Sequence record: NC_106721.1
Reading direction: 5' to 3' (one strand)
Length of the DNA: 64,000 nucleotides
From: Escherichia phage EC148
The notes beneath the pieces were generated by a model that did not search any database, had not been told where the DNA came from, and saw only the letters and a list, made by a program, of their open reading frames with translations. A program made the translations under genes and the position numbers. Positions 9,678 through 19,602 of the stretch are shown here, in pieces; within the stretch, counting starts at the first letter, position 1, and every line of letters starts with the position of its first letter.

Positions 9678-10278
9678 TGTGCAAATCCGACATTTGCCCC
9701 CATGGATTACGCGTGGGCGTGTATGTGCGAATCCGACAATTTTTGGTAGTGTGCAAATCCGACCCGAAAAATTTTTATAATGTGCGGATCCGACAATGAA
9801 TTTTCCTAAAAACTCCAGCAATCCGATGCTGCGCATCAATCCTGTGGAATTAACTAGAATATGTGCAAATCCGACATGGGTTTATTTGTGCGAATCCGAC
9901 AAGATTTTTGTGACTTCGATTGGAGAGTGTGTGATTGTAAGAGTTTGGGGAGAAGTTGAGAGATCGAGAAAAATTTGAGGGAACTGCGAGAGGGGCGCAT
10001 GTTTGGTGCGTAGCACCTGATTTGCGGGGATTTTGGGGAAGAGTTGAGAAGATTTGGGTTAATTTGAGATTAGTGCAGATAAAGTAAAATCTTATTAGCT
10101 AAATGGGGCAAAATAGCTTGACAAGTGAAAGTTTCTGTGGCTCTAAAAACTCAGGCAATCATGGGCCTTCGGCCCGAAATAATGCTGCCATTTTCAAGAG
10201 ATTATATGTTCCTAAAAACTTAGGCAATTGTGCAAATCCGACCATAAATTTCTAGAAACACAATGTGCAAATCCGACA
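9678..10278 (+). repeat. dispersed direct repeats TGTGCRRATCCGACA, 8 copies
   Basis: copies read at about 9678, 9724, 9751, 9781, 9862, 9887, 10229 and 10264; irregular spacing, no ORF. Confidence 0.7.
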
Positions 10279-10320
10279 GTAATTTCTGGAAATGTGTTTT
10301 CAAAAAATGTCTCCTAGAAA

Positions 10321-10400
10321 TAACCGCCCTCCCCATAACCGCCCTGTATTAAACCGCCTAGTATATGTTCCTAGAAACTTAGGAGAACCGCCCTAGAAAG
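10321..10400 (+). repeat. short direct repeats AACCGCCCT (x4) interleaved with CTAGAAA motifs
   Basis: read directly; same ORF-free repeat region. Confidence 0.5.
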
Positions 10401-10814
10401 AGTGAGTATTTCGTGAGAACTCTGGAGTTTCTAGGAAAGTGTTGTGCCATCCTAGCAGATGAGCGGCAACAGGTGTATCATCTTGAATGTAAATTATGTG
10501 GTCAAAAGTTTTACTTTTATTTTAAATATAAGATCCCCCAGGGTTCTCATATAGAGCTTTGCCCCCGCCAGAAGGTCTCGTGATGTTTCTAGCAATTTAT
10601 ATTAAATTACTTATTAACTTGTCCTGTCGCTCCGTATCCTCCGCTACAAGTTAGTAATTTTAAATTACTGAACCACCACACCTTCTGTGTGGCAACTCTA
10701 AATGGTTAATTCTATTAACTCATAGAGTTATGATAACATACATTTAGCTATCTGTCAACGAGAGTTTGTATTTGAGTCTCGGTACAGGTATTGTGCACCG
10801 AGACATGCAGGATC

Positions 10815-11699
10815 TTACAGTAACTCTTGGTATGCTTTTTGGTACGCCTCAGTGTCAGTAGGTGTATCTTTTGCTAGTGCAATTAGTTCATCTGTTATCT
10901 GAATGTTCGTATTATAACGTGTGTGGAACTCGTTAGGAATTTCTAGGTATCTATTGATGAATGCTGCAGCAAGCGGTGTGACTAAACCAATCTCTAGAGA
11001 TAGCTTAACTTGTTTTTCGTAGATTAAATATTGAGAATCAGATGGGGTTGGTGGGGTTACATCAATTTTCTCGGGTTCTTTTTCTGGAAGCAATGGATTA
11101 TTATATAATGCTTCATCTGGAAGCACAGATTTACGCTCTTTAAATATATAAGTTTCTAGATCCGATGCTTTAGATCCTGAGTATACCGCAAAGATGCTAG
11201 CTTTACCCTGTGATGCCCTAACTGGTAAATAACTAGTAGGATAGCTTCTTAATGCATCATGGAATGGACTTCCTGAGTACTTGTATGTATCTCCATAGAG
11301 ATCATCAATATTCATTCGTTCATCTTCAAAGATGTGAAATGACTTAAATGGTGGAATGGTGAAGTATTCCATCTGTAACCCATAAACTAAGAAACGATGT
11401 GCATATGCACTGATTTTTAAGACTGTGAATGCTTTTTCACCTTCTTTATGGGCGTTGCCTTTTGAAGTAACTTGGTAACGTTTACAAAACATCTCTACTA
11501 GACGTTTCTCATTAATACTAAGGGTGGAGTACAGTCGTCCACTTAATCCTATAAGTGCATCGAACATAAATGCTAGTTTATCTTTTTCTTCCTGGGTTAG
11601 TTCAGGAAATGGAAGTACTTTAGCATCAGGAACACTATTATTTTCCTTAGGTTTTGTTTTACCAGCGTTTTGTCTTAGTTTATCTTTAAAGTTATACAT
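10815..11699 (-). CDS. hypothetical protein
   Basis: 294 aa ORF, first gene of the minus-strand early block. Confidence 0.5.
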   Translation of the reverse strand: MYNFKDKLRQNAGKTKPKENNSVPDAKVLPFPELTQEEKDKLAFMFDALIGLSGRLYSTLSINEKRLVEMFCKRYQVTSKGNAHKEGEKAFTVLKISAYAHRFLVYGLQMEYFTIPPFKSFHIFEDERMNIDDLYGDTYKYSGSPFHDALRSYPTSYLPVRASQGKASIFAVYSGSKASDLETYIFKERKSVLPDEALYNNPLLPEKEPEKIDVTPPTPSDSQYLIYEKQVKLSLEIGLVTPLAAAFINRYLEIPNEFHTRYNTNIQITDELIALAKDTPTDTEAYQKAYQELL

Positions 11700-11776
11700 T
11701 ATTATCTCCCATTTTTAAGGTCTGGATGACCTTCTTTTTATTTTAGAGCCTCCGTAGAGGCTCATGTATTAGAGGA

Positions 11777-12391
11777 TTAGCTACCTCTCTTATCTTCATT
11801 AATAGCAGCTCCCAACGCCTCCATAATAGCATCCTCTAAACTTCCATGTTTACCAGGATTATTAAAATGAATAGTACAAACAGAACTCCTAGAAACTCCA
11901 GCATCCGCAGGTGCTACGCTTCGCATATCAGATTCAAAAGCTTCTTGAGTATGTTTTAGCTGTACAGATGGGCCGTAATCTTCCACAAACTTATATGACT
12001 GCGTACTACTTACCACACCCCCACAAGGAATATTGTGCATATCCGACATTAATCTTTTATCGGAGTTATTCAGCATTGCGATTGGTCCGGACGGCCATGA
12101 ATCTCGAATAGTTACTGGAGCACTAGGACGGTTCACCTCAGTCTTCACGAGTTTATAACCAGCGTCTATTAGTGCATTAATCAGGTTATCAGCCGGGATG
12201 CGAGCCGTGCCAAAAATCTTACGAGCATCTTCGAGCTTACTCTCAAGATCTTTACAGGCTTTAAGGTCGGTGTGTGCAAATGTTAGCTTCATAGATTTGA
12301 ATTGTACAGTAGCAGTTAAATCTTTAAAGCTGTAATCCCATGTGTTCAGTTCATGGTCTGGTACTACTTGAATAGGCTGTTGTGTAAACAT
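11777..12391 (-). CDS. hypothetical protein
   Basis: 204 aa ORF. Confidence 0.5.
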   Translation of the reverse strand: MFTQQPIQVVPDHELNTWDYSFKDLTATVQFKSMKLTFAHTDLKACKDLESKLEDARKIFGTARIPADNLINALIDAGYKLVKTEVNRPSAPVTIRDSWPSGPIAMLNNSDKRLMSDMHNIPCGGVVSSTQSYKFVEDYGPSVQLKHTQEAFESDMRSVAPADAGVSRSSVCTIHFNNPGKHGSLEDAIMEALGAAINEDKRGS

Positions 12392-12576
12392 TATTTATTC
12401 TCCAGTTTGTCTAACAGTTTATGGGCTGCTAGATTATATTGTTTAAGTTCACGGTTAAGGATTTGGTTCTCACACTTTAACTCTAGATTCTTGTTGTTAA
12501 GAATGTTGCAGATTAGTAGAAGTGCTAGTATTAGTAACAGAGAACCTACGAGCATTAAAAGAAAAAGAGTTTCCAT
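12391..12576 (-). CDS. small membrane protein
   Basis: 61 aa, single hydrophobic helix. Confidence 0.35.
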   Translation of the reverse strand: METLFLLMLVGSLLLILALLLICNILNNKNLELKCENQILNRELKQYNLAAHKLLDKLENK

Positions 12577-12809
12577 TATTTGATTCCCATGTAACGTTTA
12601 AGATATACGATGAAGTCTTCTGCTGTATGCTCTACACTACCTTGAGCTACGAATAGCTTGAGAGCTTCACGTTGTAGTTTGAGCCCCGCTACCTCACCAC
12701 GTAATTTTACTACATCTTCTGCTAATTCTCTGGCTCTACGCATAATAGCAAAAGATACAAGTACTATGATGAATAACATAACTACTAAAATAATTGCTAT
12801 GATTTCCAT
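12576..12809 (-). CDS. small membrane protein
   Basis: 77 aa, N-terminal hydrophobic helix. Confidence 0.4.
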   Translation of the reverse strand: MEIIAIILVVMLFIIVLVSFAIMRRARELAEDVVKLRGEVAGLKLQREALKLFVAQGSVEHTAEDFIVYLKRYMGIK

Positions 12810-13087
12810 ACTAACATCCAGCTTTTATCACACATTTGGGCATGATCTATCAATTCATTCATTGATGTATTGTTATCATAAATGCACTCTAGTATATACC
12901 TTCTGTCAAATTCGTCAACCAAATATTCTACGTTATTTATTACTACTTTATACAGATCTGGGACTAGAGAGCATGTATTTGGTATGGGGCGGCTGCTTAA
13001 TTCTATTTCATTATAGCCCCATGTTGTTTTAAATAGTTTGTTACTAAGTGCTGCTAATGGATTTGACCATATAATATAGCTACTCAC
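12797..13087 (-). CDS. hypothetical protein
   Basis: 96 aa ORF. Confidence 0.4.
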   Translation of the reverse strand: MSSYIIWSNPLAALSNKLFKTTWGYNEIELSSRPIPNTCSLVPDLYKVVINNVEYLVDEFDRRYILECIYDNNTSMNELIDHAQMCDKSWMLVWKS

Positions 13088-13526
13088 TATTTATCTCCAT
13101 TCTTAACTTTGAAAACTTATTATACCAAACTATATGATTATCGTCAATTACAAATTTATGATAACATGCTGGTACGGTATAAGTTCCATAATCCGTGACA
13201 CGCTGCACAACCTTGTGTGCGCACAGTCGACAACCATGCCCTTCTAAATGAGATCTAGCAGTTTGCCAGTAATAACCATCATGATCTGGACAATAGATCT
13301 CGACTTGCTGTTGCATTGTTTTATAATTTACATGCTCATATCCAAAGAAAGCTCCATGAACTGCAACAGCTTTCTTGATAAATATAATATTTAGTGCTTC
13401 TTGTTGAAAGTCGGGATGTAGCTGCTTAATCTTGGTTCTATTAATAGACCCATCCGATTTGATAAACCTATTTATTGGGAAGTTGTTAGCTTCCTCGATT
13501 AATAATTCATTTATTTTATCACGCAT
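13080..13526 (-). CDS. hypothetical Cys/His-rich protein
   Basis: 148 aa; cluster YCPDH ... HGCRLCAH ... PAC suggests a zinc site; nuclease identity not established. Confidence 0.4.
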   Translation of the reverse strand: MRDKINELLIEEANNFPINRFIKSDGSINRTKIKQLHPDFQQEALNIIFIKKAVAVHGAFFGYEHVNYKTMQQQVEIYCPDHDGYYWQTARSHLEGHGCRLCAHKVVQRVTDYGTYTVPACYHKFVIDDNHIVWYNKFSKLRMEINSE

Positions 13527-13527
13527 G

Positions 13528-13746
13528 TTACTTATTAAATAACTTATTTAGTTTGCAGTATAAGTCTTTTGCTTGTTCTTCGGATAGCCAAATAATATTG
13601 GGGGATGTTCCTCCACCTTTTTGAGCTAATCGTACTGTTTTATTTTTGCTTATTTCACAGGTTACAGCAGATTGATCTTCCGTAGGGCTATATCTAGCCT
13701 TTAGGTAGTTATCTAATGTTTTCATACTAAGTTCCTTGAAACACAA
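13528..13746 (-). CDS. hypothetical protein
   Basis: 72 aa ORF. Confidence 0.35.
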   Translation of the reverse strand: MCFKELSMKTLDNYLKARYSPTEDQSAVTCEISKNKTVRLAQKGGGTSPNIIWLSEEQAKDLYCKLNKLFNK

Positions 13747-13776
13747 AAGGCCAGAACAATTAAGTCCTGGCCTCTA
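13745..13776 (-). terminator. rho-independent terminator candidate
   Basis: stem AGGCCAG/CTGGCCT; minus-strand reading gives U-tract after the stem. Confidence 0.5.
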
Positions 13777-13779
13777 GAA

Positions 13780-14151
13780 TTAGTGGAGTTGTTTACCACT
13801 TCTTAAAATAGTGGCCGTTTCCATAAGATTTAACGTTATATCACGCTTTTTGATTTGTTTGTCCAGTTCATCGGTACGTTTGCCAATGTAAGCGTTAATA
13901 GCCATATTCATAGCTGAGGCGAGATCTTCTTTGGTTATCTCTTCATTATCTAAAGCTAATTTAGCTAAAGAATCGAAAGTACTAGAAAGTCCTATAAGAT
14001 CTGAGGTTTCACTGGCCAAAATAGGGTTAATATTATCTATTGTTACTTCCAACATAGAGTTAACAATATCTTCTCCGTCTACTAGACCAGATTCAATATT
14101 ACTCTCCCATTCCTTCATCTGCTCCAGCAATGGATTTTTCTTTTCTGTCAT
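13780..14151 (-). CDS. hypothetical protein
   Basis: ORF track 13780..14217; start probably the internal Met (MTEKKNP) to limit overlap with the upstream gene. Confidence 0.4.
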   Translation of the reverse strand: MTEKKNPLLEQMKEWESNIESGLVDGEDIVNSMLEVTIDNINPILASETSDLIGLSSTFDSLAKLALDNEEITKEDLASAMNMAINAYIGKRTDELDKQIKKRDITLNLMETATILRSGKQLH

Positions 14152-14560
14152 GGTAGAGGTTTCCTGTGTCAGTTGGTAAGAAAGCCGATTGAGCTTTAGG
14201 TGGATGTTGTTTAGCAATCCAGTTAAGAATCAGTACACGACTAGGAACAATATCGGTATTATACCAGAAATCATGAACCCATTGACGAGCATCCTCAAAC
14301 TTACCAAATTTATACGCTTTCTTAAACAATTCAAACCCAAAACAATCTGGTGTAAAATCTACTTCACGATATTGAATTACTTTAGAACCAGTTAAATCTT
14401 GGATAGCTGCATTAATTTCTGTATGGGAGAATTTTGTTTCGTGAAACTTATTAAAGAATCGGTAGTTGAAACGTCCGTTCGTTTCGACAAATAACTGGAT
14501 AAAGAGATCGTTAAATTGGTTATCAAACCAGTAATTCTGTAGTTGTTGTAGTGCTGTCAT
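14099..14560 (-). CDS. hypothetical protein
   Basis: 153 aa ORF. Confidence 0.45.
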   Translation of the reverse strand: MTALQQLQNYWFDNQFNDLFIQLFVETNGRFNYRFFNKFHETKFSHTEINAAIQDLTGSKVIQYREVDFTPDCFGFELFKKAYKFGKFEDARQWVHDFWYNTDIVPSRVLILNWIAKQHPPKAQSAFLPTDTGNLYHDRKEKSIAGADEGMGE

Positions 14561-14757
14561 TTACGAACTCCGTTAATTGCCACGATGATGCCTTCGTACA
14601 TAAAAGGAAGTAGTTTAGAAGTGTAGAAGATATTTTCCGTTATTCCTAGATGTCGAAAAAGTATATTAAATAATGCTGTTAGAAATACAATCTGAGGCAG
14701 TAATACAAAATACTCAGTTACAATCTTTGGTGCCTGATAAACAAGACGTTTTATCAT
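14557..14757 (-). CDS. small membrane protein
   Basis: 66 aa, hydrophobic. Confidence 0.3.
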   Translation of the reverse strand: MIKRLVYQAPKIVTEYFVLLPQIVFLTALFNILFRHLGITENIFYTSKLLPFMYEGIIVAINGVRK

Positions 14758-14856
14758 TGTTTTTAAGTCTCCTTATTACTTTGGCCTGCTCCACAATAAT
14801 AAAAACTGCGAGCACTAATAGTGCTAGTAGCCCCGCAGTAATTGGTACTAAATCAA

Positions 14857-15183
14857 TCATGGGAGACGCCATACGTAATTAGCTGTCTGTAGGATCTTAG
14901 GTGTGTCATCATGATACATTACTACAGACTTTGGTGAATAACTATCAGCTAGTTCTTTACGAATCATTTCACACTCTTCACCAGTATCAATATTTTTAAC
15001 TATCACTTTCATATTAAGTGGTGTTAATACAGAAAGTGGTTTCCAAGAGTCCTCAATCTCAATTCCTACCTTTTTCTCAATTATCATGAGAACTTCCAAT
15101 GTATCATCTGGAATACTAATATTATTATTCACAAACTGTAATATCTCATGTAAGGTATTTAATTCATTAAAATTAAGCTTCAT
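14857..15183 (-). CDS. hypothetical protein
   Basis: 108 aa ORF. Confidence 0.4.
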   Translation of the reverse strand: MKLNFNELNTLHEILQFVNNNISIPDDTLEVLMIIEKKVGIEIEDSWKPLSVLTPLNMKVIVKNIDTGEECEMIRKELADSYSPKSVVMYHDDTPKILQTANYVWRLP

Positions 15184-15418
15184 CTTTAATAATATCCTCT
15201 ACCATATCACAAGACTGTTGCAATTCATCAGCAATACGTTTAACATCGGTTTTTGTTACTTTACCGATTAGCATTACCAGTAACATAGAAAAGATAATAA
15301 AAGGTACTGGAATAACAAATAATGCTACCTTAGCTACATTCTTTGGTGTCCATGTATGGTACTTAGTAACTAGTACACCAACCACAACTAAATAAAATGC
15401 GAGAATAAACATCATCAT
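15173..15418 (-). CDS. membrane protein
   Basis: 81 aa, two hydrophobic helices. Confidence 0.4.
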   Translation of the reverse strand: MMMFILAFYLVVVGVLVTKYHTWTPKNVAKVALFVIPVPFIIFSMLLVMLIGKVTKTDVKRIADELQQSCDMVEDIIKDEA

Positions 15419-15696
15419 TTTTTAATCTCCGTAATTATCTGTGCACGCATTACTTTATTAGGTAGTTTTGTATTCCCAGCTATTGCTTCAATATTGTTTA
15501 GTTTTTCTTTTAGAATATCTGAGCGTCTTTGCGTTAGCTCAATATCTTGTTCTTGTTCTATTAAGCGACAGTGGAGTCCACTATTAGTAATACGCATACT
15601 CTCCATATTTTTTCGTATGCTTACAATACCAATAACCCCACCAATCGCTGCTAGTGTCATAAGCACTAGCAGTCCAATAAGAATTTCTATAATCAT
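15415..15696 (-). CDS. membrane protein
   Basis: 93 aa, N-terminal helix then charged coiled region. Confidence 0.4.
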   Translation of the reverse strand: MIIEILIGLLVLMTLAAIGGVIGIVSIRKNMESMRITNSGLHCRLIEQEQDIELTQRRSDILKEKLNNIEAIAGNTKLPNKVMRAQIITEIKK

Positions 15697-16118
15697 TTGT
15701 CCGTTACTCCATTACTACATTTAATGTAGGGGCTTACAGTTTCGTAGAATTTAATCTTGACTAAAGATCCGTTAACTGCTCTACAAAATCTCTTACCCTC
15801 TTCAATTTGAAGTTTGGCCTCAATTGAATCTTCCATTTTGTAGGCATCTACTACTTCAACCCCAGAATCTTTAGATAAGGCTTCATCTAGTTTTATTTGC
15901 CTGAGCACAAGGTCTGCTTCTGCAAGCATTATTTTATGTTTTGATAGTAACTTATTGCTTTCTGCCCTAGCTTTAATTTCTGGACTGATATGTTCCTCTA
16001 TTACAACTTCCTTCACTTCGTCACGTTGATTAAGTATATAGTCGGTAACACCAATCGATATTGCTAAAGAAAGCAGCGAGTTAACTGCTATAGTATAGAA
16101 AAATTGGCCATTAGTCAT
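15693..16118 (-). CDS. membrane-anchored protein
   Basis: 141 aa, N-terminal hydrophobic segment. Confidence 0.4.
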   Translation of the reverse strand: MTNGQFFYTIAVNSLLSLAISIGVTDYILNQRDEVKEVVIEEHISPEIKARAESNKLLSKHKIMLAEADLVLRQIKLDEALSKDSGVEVVDAYKMEDSIEAKLQIEEGKRFCRAVNGSLVKIKFYETVSPYIKCSNGVTDK

Positions 16119-16369
16119 TATTTCTTACCTTTCAGTTGCTTAACTTCACGCTCAAAAGATGCTGCACGACGTTCGGCAGTTGCCTGATGCTCTTTCGCAA
16201 AACGTGCTTCCTGTTTTGCGAGGTTGAACGCCATAGCATTCTTATTCAGAGAATCATACATCTTTTTCATTGCCGGAATAGACATCTTCATGAGCTGACC
16301 CTCAAAACCCTGCATGTCGAGGAGAATTGCCAGAACGTTAGCCATTTCATTTTTAGTCATGTTTTCCAT
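16118..16369 (-). CDS. hypothetical protein
   Basis: ORF track 16118..16387 starts at an ATG inside the conserved leader; true start taken as the next Met (MENMTKNEM). Confidence 0.4.
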   Translation of the reverse strand: MENMTKNEMANVLAILLDMQGFEGQLMKMSIPAMKKMYDSLNKNAMAFNLAKQEARFAKEHQATAERRAASFEREVKQLKGKK

Positions 16370-16401
16370 TAGAATTTCCTCTCTCATTAATTTATGAACT
16401 T

Positions 16402-16430
16402 ATTATACAGAATTTTAAGGCTTAAAGCAA
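16402..16430 (-). promoter_or_regulatory. early promoter, TTGCTT-17-TATAAT
   Basis: minus-strand hexamers with 17 bp spacer, followed by conserved leader AATTAATGAGAGAGG. Confidence 0.6.
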
Positions 16431-16447
16431 CTGAATTTTTTAATTAC

Positions 16448-16879
16448 TTACCAATCGTTAACAACGCCGGAGAACTCAGAAGCAAAAACCTTTTCAAATT
16501 TCTCTGCAATTTCAGGATGATCTTTGCAGATCAGCTCAATACATGCTTCTGGAGTCATTCCTTCATCTTCAGGATCACCGTAGTATTTGTCCCAAAGATC
16601 ATCAGGGATGATATGCTCCGCCAAATCTTGGAAAGAGATTAACTGATAACGTTCTGCTTCCTCAGCGATAAGAATTTCGCACAGATCTTTATCTATATCG
16701 CTACGATAATCCGCAATTAATAGGGCATTGCAAGCATGGCATTCCCAGACCATCAAACGTTCAGAGATAGGATTAGACTTATCTTGAACGTAAGACTGGA
16801 ACAAGGTTCGGAAAGTTGCCTTAACTTGTTCAAACTTATCTGCTGCTGCGAAAACTAGAGCTTTATCAACTTTGTTCAT
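16448..16879 (-). CDS. hypothetical acidic protein
   Basis: 143 aa ORF. Confidence 0.45.
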   Translation of the reverse strand: MNKVDKALVFAAADKFEQVKATFRTLFQSYVQDKSNPISERLMVWECHACNALLIADYRSDIDKDLCEILIAEEAERYQLISFQDLAEHIIPDDLWDKYYGDPEDEGMTPEACIELICKDHPEIAEKFEKVFASEFSGVVNDW

Positions 16880-16909
16880 TTTGATTCCTTCTCATCAATT
16901 TATAAAGTA

Positions 16910-16938
16910 ATTATACAGAAACTTAGGCATTTTAGCAA
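16910..16938 (-). promoter_or_regulatory. early promoter, TTGCTA-17-TATAAT
   Basis: same cassette architecture as 16402-16430. Confidence 0.55.
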
Positions 16939-17046
16939 ATAAAACTTTTAATTAAAATGCCTAATCCTGTACCAATAGCAATACAAATGATTATAAGTAT
17001 TGCTATCGCTTGTATAATTCGTTTAATAATAGCCTCAGCTATATAC

Positions 17047-17637
17047 TCAGACATTTATATCACCACGCAATACAGCAGCTACGTCTTCCCCTATTTGTAA
17101 TACCTCGCCGGTAGTACAATTAACTACTCTATCGTAACTAGTAAACTTACCAGACACAATATCTTCTAGTGGAATTGGAGTTTTACTCATTTCAAATGAG
17201 ACATTGATATAACGTGGATCACGTAGAGAAGTAGTATGTACGTGTCCGTGAATATTTAGTTTGCCACGAAGTTCATTAGGGTGCAAAGGGCAGTGAGATA
17301 GCCAAAACTTTTTGCCACCTCCAGTCTGTTTACCTAGAGCCTGAATATCGTCATAAACTTCCGCCAAGTCCCTAATGCTCAGTCCCTGACGTTCTGCATC
17401 ATGATTACCCATAATCAGTTGATTAGGAACATTGTGGATAACCGACTTTAATTTAGCTAGACCTTCACGACCTACTGCAATATCTCCTAGCAAAATAAGT
17501 TTTGTTCGTTTACCAATATGCTTGGACAAAGTATCTAGAATATACTCATCGTGCTCTTTCATGTTCTTAAACCACGGACGGAAACGTAACGCTCCAGGGT
17601 GGTCTAGGTGCAAGTCTGACCAGAATTTAACTTTCAT
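17047..17637 (-). CDS. calcineurin-like metallophosphoesterase
   Basis: 196 aa; motifs SDLHLD, GDIA, GNHD, GHVH. Confidence 0.6.
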   Translation of the reverse strand: MKVKFWSDLHLDHPGALRFRPWFKNMKEHDEYILDTLSKHIGKRTKLILLGDIAVGREGLAKLKSVIHNVPNQLIMGNHDAERQGLSIRDLAEVYDDIQALGKQTGGGKKFWLSHCPLHPNELRGKLNIHGHVHTTSLRDPRYINVSFEMSKTPIPLEDIVSGKFTSYDRVVNCTTGEVLQIGEDVAAVLRGDINV

Positions 17638-17926
17638 TACTCTTTTCCTTATTCTGTATTAAACTATCAACCCAAGAGGTTAACACTTTGGTTTTAAACT
17701 CCTCGGAAGTCTCTCCTTCCTTAAGGTCTACCTCATTAAGATAGGTAGTAAGCCTTGTTTCTACCTCTATTTCAGTAGGAGAATTAAAACAAAAATTGAC
17801 TGCTATCCCAGAATATATTACCCCCGTATCTCCTTTGACGAAAGCATTAACTAATGCCCTCCAACGAAGGGCATCAATACGCATTGCTCGTAATTCTTCT
17901 CGTACTTCTTTCATTCTATCATTCAT
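17627..17926 (-). CDS. hypothetical protein
   Basis: 99 aa ORF. Confidence 0.4.
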   Translation of the reverse strand: MNDRMKEVREELRAMRIDALRWRALVNAFVKGDTGVIYSGIAVNFCFNSPTEIEVETRLTTYLNEVDLKEGETSEEFKTKVLTSWVDSLIQNKEKSNES

Positions 17927-18801
17927 TAAAGAATCCTCTGTACACCACAGCTATCTTCCCGGAGTGTAGTAAATGTGGTGATTTTGCCCGTTTCATCATT
18001 AACTTGCGCAACCGTCAACTGCCCGTTGAAAACACCGCCAGTATCAAGGTAAACACGGTTTTTATAAAGAAGTGGGTAAGGTACTCCAGTATGCCCATGA
18101 AACACGAAATCTACCCCTTTAACTTCTGGCACTTCTACCATATATTTTTCTTTAAATCCTGAATAACGCTGGAAATACGGGTGTTCCTCACCATTTTTGG
18201 ACAAGTAGAAGCCTATTTCTTGGATTACATCTCGATCCCATAAATATGGTTCAATATGGTATCCAGGATGGTCATGTGGGTCTTCCTTAGCTGCTTCTAC
18301 TTGTGCAATAAGATTATCCCATACTGGGGTTTCTACTTCATTACCACATTCTTTGTACGTAAAAGGTACACCACCATGAACAACACCATACTTCTTACCA
18401 CGATGCCTAACAGTTAGGAATACTGGCATTTTTTCAGCCATATCTTCGGCGATATTTTTAATGGTGTCTGCATCCAGCTCTTCCATAGCCCATATACCAC
18501 CGTTATACATCCAATTAGCCCAATCTCCTGCAATCATAAATTGGTCGTGATTACCACGGACACTGATAAAATGTGGATTATACAGGAATTGGGCTAAAAC
18601 TTGTAGGTTTTGTGTGCCTCGGTCAATTAAGTCACCAACACATACTAAGCAATCTTTCTTGCTATTATACCCAGCTAATTTCAACGCATCTTCCAGCAAA
18701 TCATTGCATCCATGAATATCACCAACGAAAAACAAGTTGGCATCATCTGGCACTACTAGAGTTTTATGTACATTAAATTCTTTTTTCATAATTATTCCCA
18801 A
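17926..18801 (-). CDS. Ser/Thr protein phosphatase (PPP family)
   Basis: 291 aa; motifs GDIHGC, GDLIDRG, GNHD, HGG. Confidence 0.7.
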   Translation of the reverse strand: MGIIMKKEFNVHKTLVVPDDANLFFVGDIHGCNDLLEDALKLAGYNSKKDCLVCVGDLIDRGTQNLQVLAQFLYNPHFISVRGNHDQFMIAGDWANWMYNGGIWAMEELDADTIKNIAEDMAEKMPVFLTVRHRGKKYGVVHGGVPFTYKECGNEVETPVWDNLIAQVEAAKEDPHDHPGYHIEPYLWDRDVIQEIGFYLSKNGEEHPYFQRYSGFKEKYMVEVPEVKGVDFVFHGHTGVPYPLLYKNRVYLDTGGVFNGQLTVAQVNDETGKITTFTTLREDSCGVQRIL

Positions 18802-19037
18802 ATAACAGTTAAAATAGTTGTGCCATACTCATTAGATAGTTGGAGAGTATAACCCTCTTTATAGAGGGCTTTTATAGCTTCATAACTAATTTCATCACGA
18901 TTAAACTGTACAAAAGAACCTCCAATCTCCACAGAAGAAACTATTCTCTTTTTAACATACTTATATGGTTTCTTTCTGCTCTTAAGAATTGCAGCTCTAT
19001 TTATCCTAGCTAAACGTTTTGCTTGTTCCGCTAACAT
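18792..19037 (-). CDS. hypothetical protein
   Basis: 81 aa ORF. Confidence 0.4.
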   Translation of the reverse strand: MLAEQAKRLARINRAAILKSRKKPYKYVKKRIVSSVEIGGSFVQFNRDEISYEAIKALYKEGYTLQLSNEYGTTILTVIWE

Positions 19038-19041
19038 TTAA

Positions 19042-19419
19042 TTATCTCCAGTGGTTAGTATGCTTCTCAGCTTCCTCATCGTTAGGCTCAAAGACAACAT
19101 GGCAGTCAACTGCTTCCCAAAAAGCCTCACGGATTAAAGAGTTTTTAGCTGAAATGTCTAATTCTCCCCACTCTTCTAAAGTCTCTAGGTCTGTATCAAC
19201 TTCGGTATCACAGCCAACCAGCCCCAAAGAGACAACAATAGTAACGCGATCTTCACGCTGTTCGGGATAAACATCAGCATATTCCCAAGCAGCTTCTTCA
19301 ACATAATATTGTTGTTCCTTTTCTGGAAGTGACTTATACTTTTCTTCTGTAATACCCATCTCAACGGCGCGAGTACCACAAACTACATTGTTATTAATAA
19401 TTAGATATGCATAGTTCAT
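19042..19419 (-). CDS. hypothetical acidic protein
   Basis: 125 aa ORF. Confidence 0.4.
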   Translation of the reverse strand: MNYAYLIINNNVVCGTRAVEMGITEEKYKSLPEKEQQYYVEEAAWEYADVYPEQREDRVTIVVSLGLVGCDTEVDTDLETLEEWGELDISAKNSLIREAFWEAVDCHVVFEPNDEEAEKHTNHWR

Positions 19420-19530
19420 CGTAATACTCCTATTTCTTGAGTGGCAAAGATGTCCATTAATATGGCTAAAATCCCTGCAAAGATAGGTGGCGTAAGCATA
19501 TTAATGGCTCTCTTATCAATTTATATAAGT

Positions 19531-19559
19531 ATTATACCAAAATTTTTAGCAAAAAGCAA
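19531..19559 (-). promoter_or_regulatory. early promoter, TTGCTT-17-TATAAT
   Basis: conserved cassette; a 26 aa hydrophobic mini-ORF lies between it and the 125 aa gene. Confidence 0.5.
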
Positions 19560-19561
19560 GT

Positions 19562-19602
19562 AAAATAAAAGCCTGATCTGCTAAGATCAGGCTTTGTTTA
19601 TT
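19562..19602. terminator. bidirectional hairpin terminator candidate
   Basis: stem AAGCCTGATC/GATCAGGCTT with T-rich tracts on both sides. Confidence 0.5.

Noticed and set aside
9678-10278. Possible CRISPR array formed by the TGTGCRRATCCGACA repeats
   Set aside because: Repeats are only 15 bp, irregularly spaced (25-330 bp apart), partly degenerate, and no cas genes are present; better explained as a binding-site or injection-stop repeat array.
16370-16387. N-terminal extensions of several ORFs (16118..16387, 36333..36902, 59359..62226, 37058..38107)
   Set aside because: The extensions start at ATGs inside conserved promoter-leader sequence or upstream of the RBS; starts were moved to the first Met or GTG with a proper Shine-Dalgarno.
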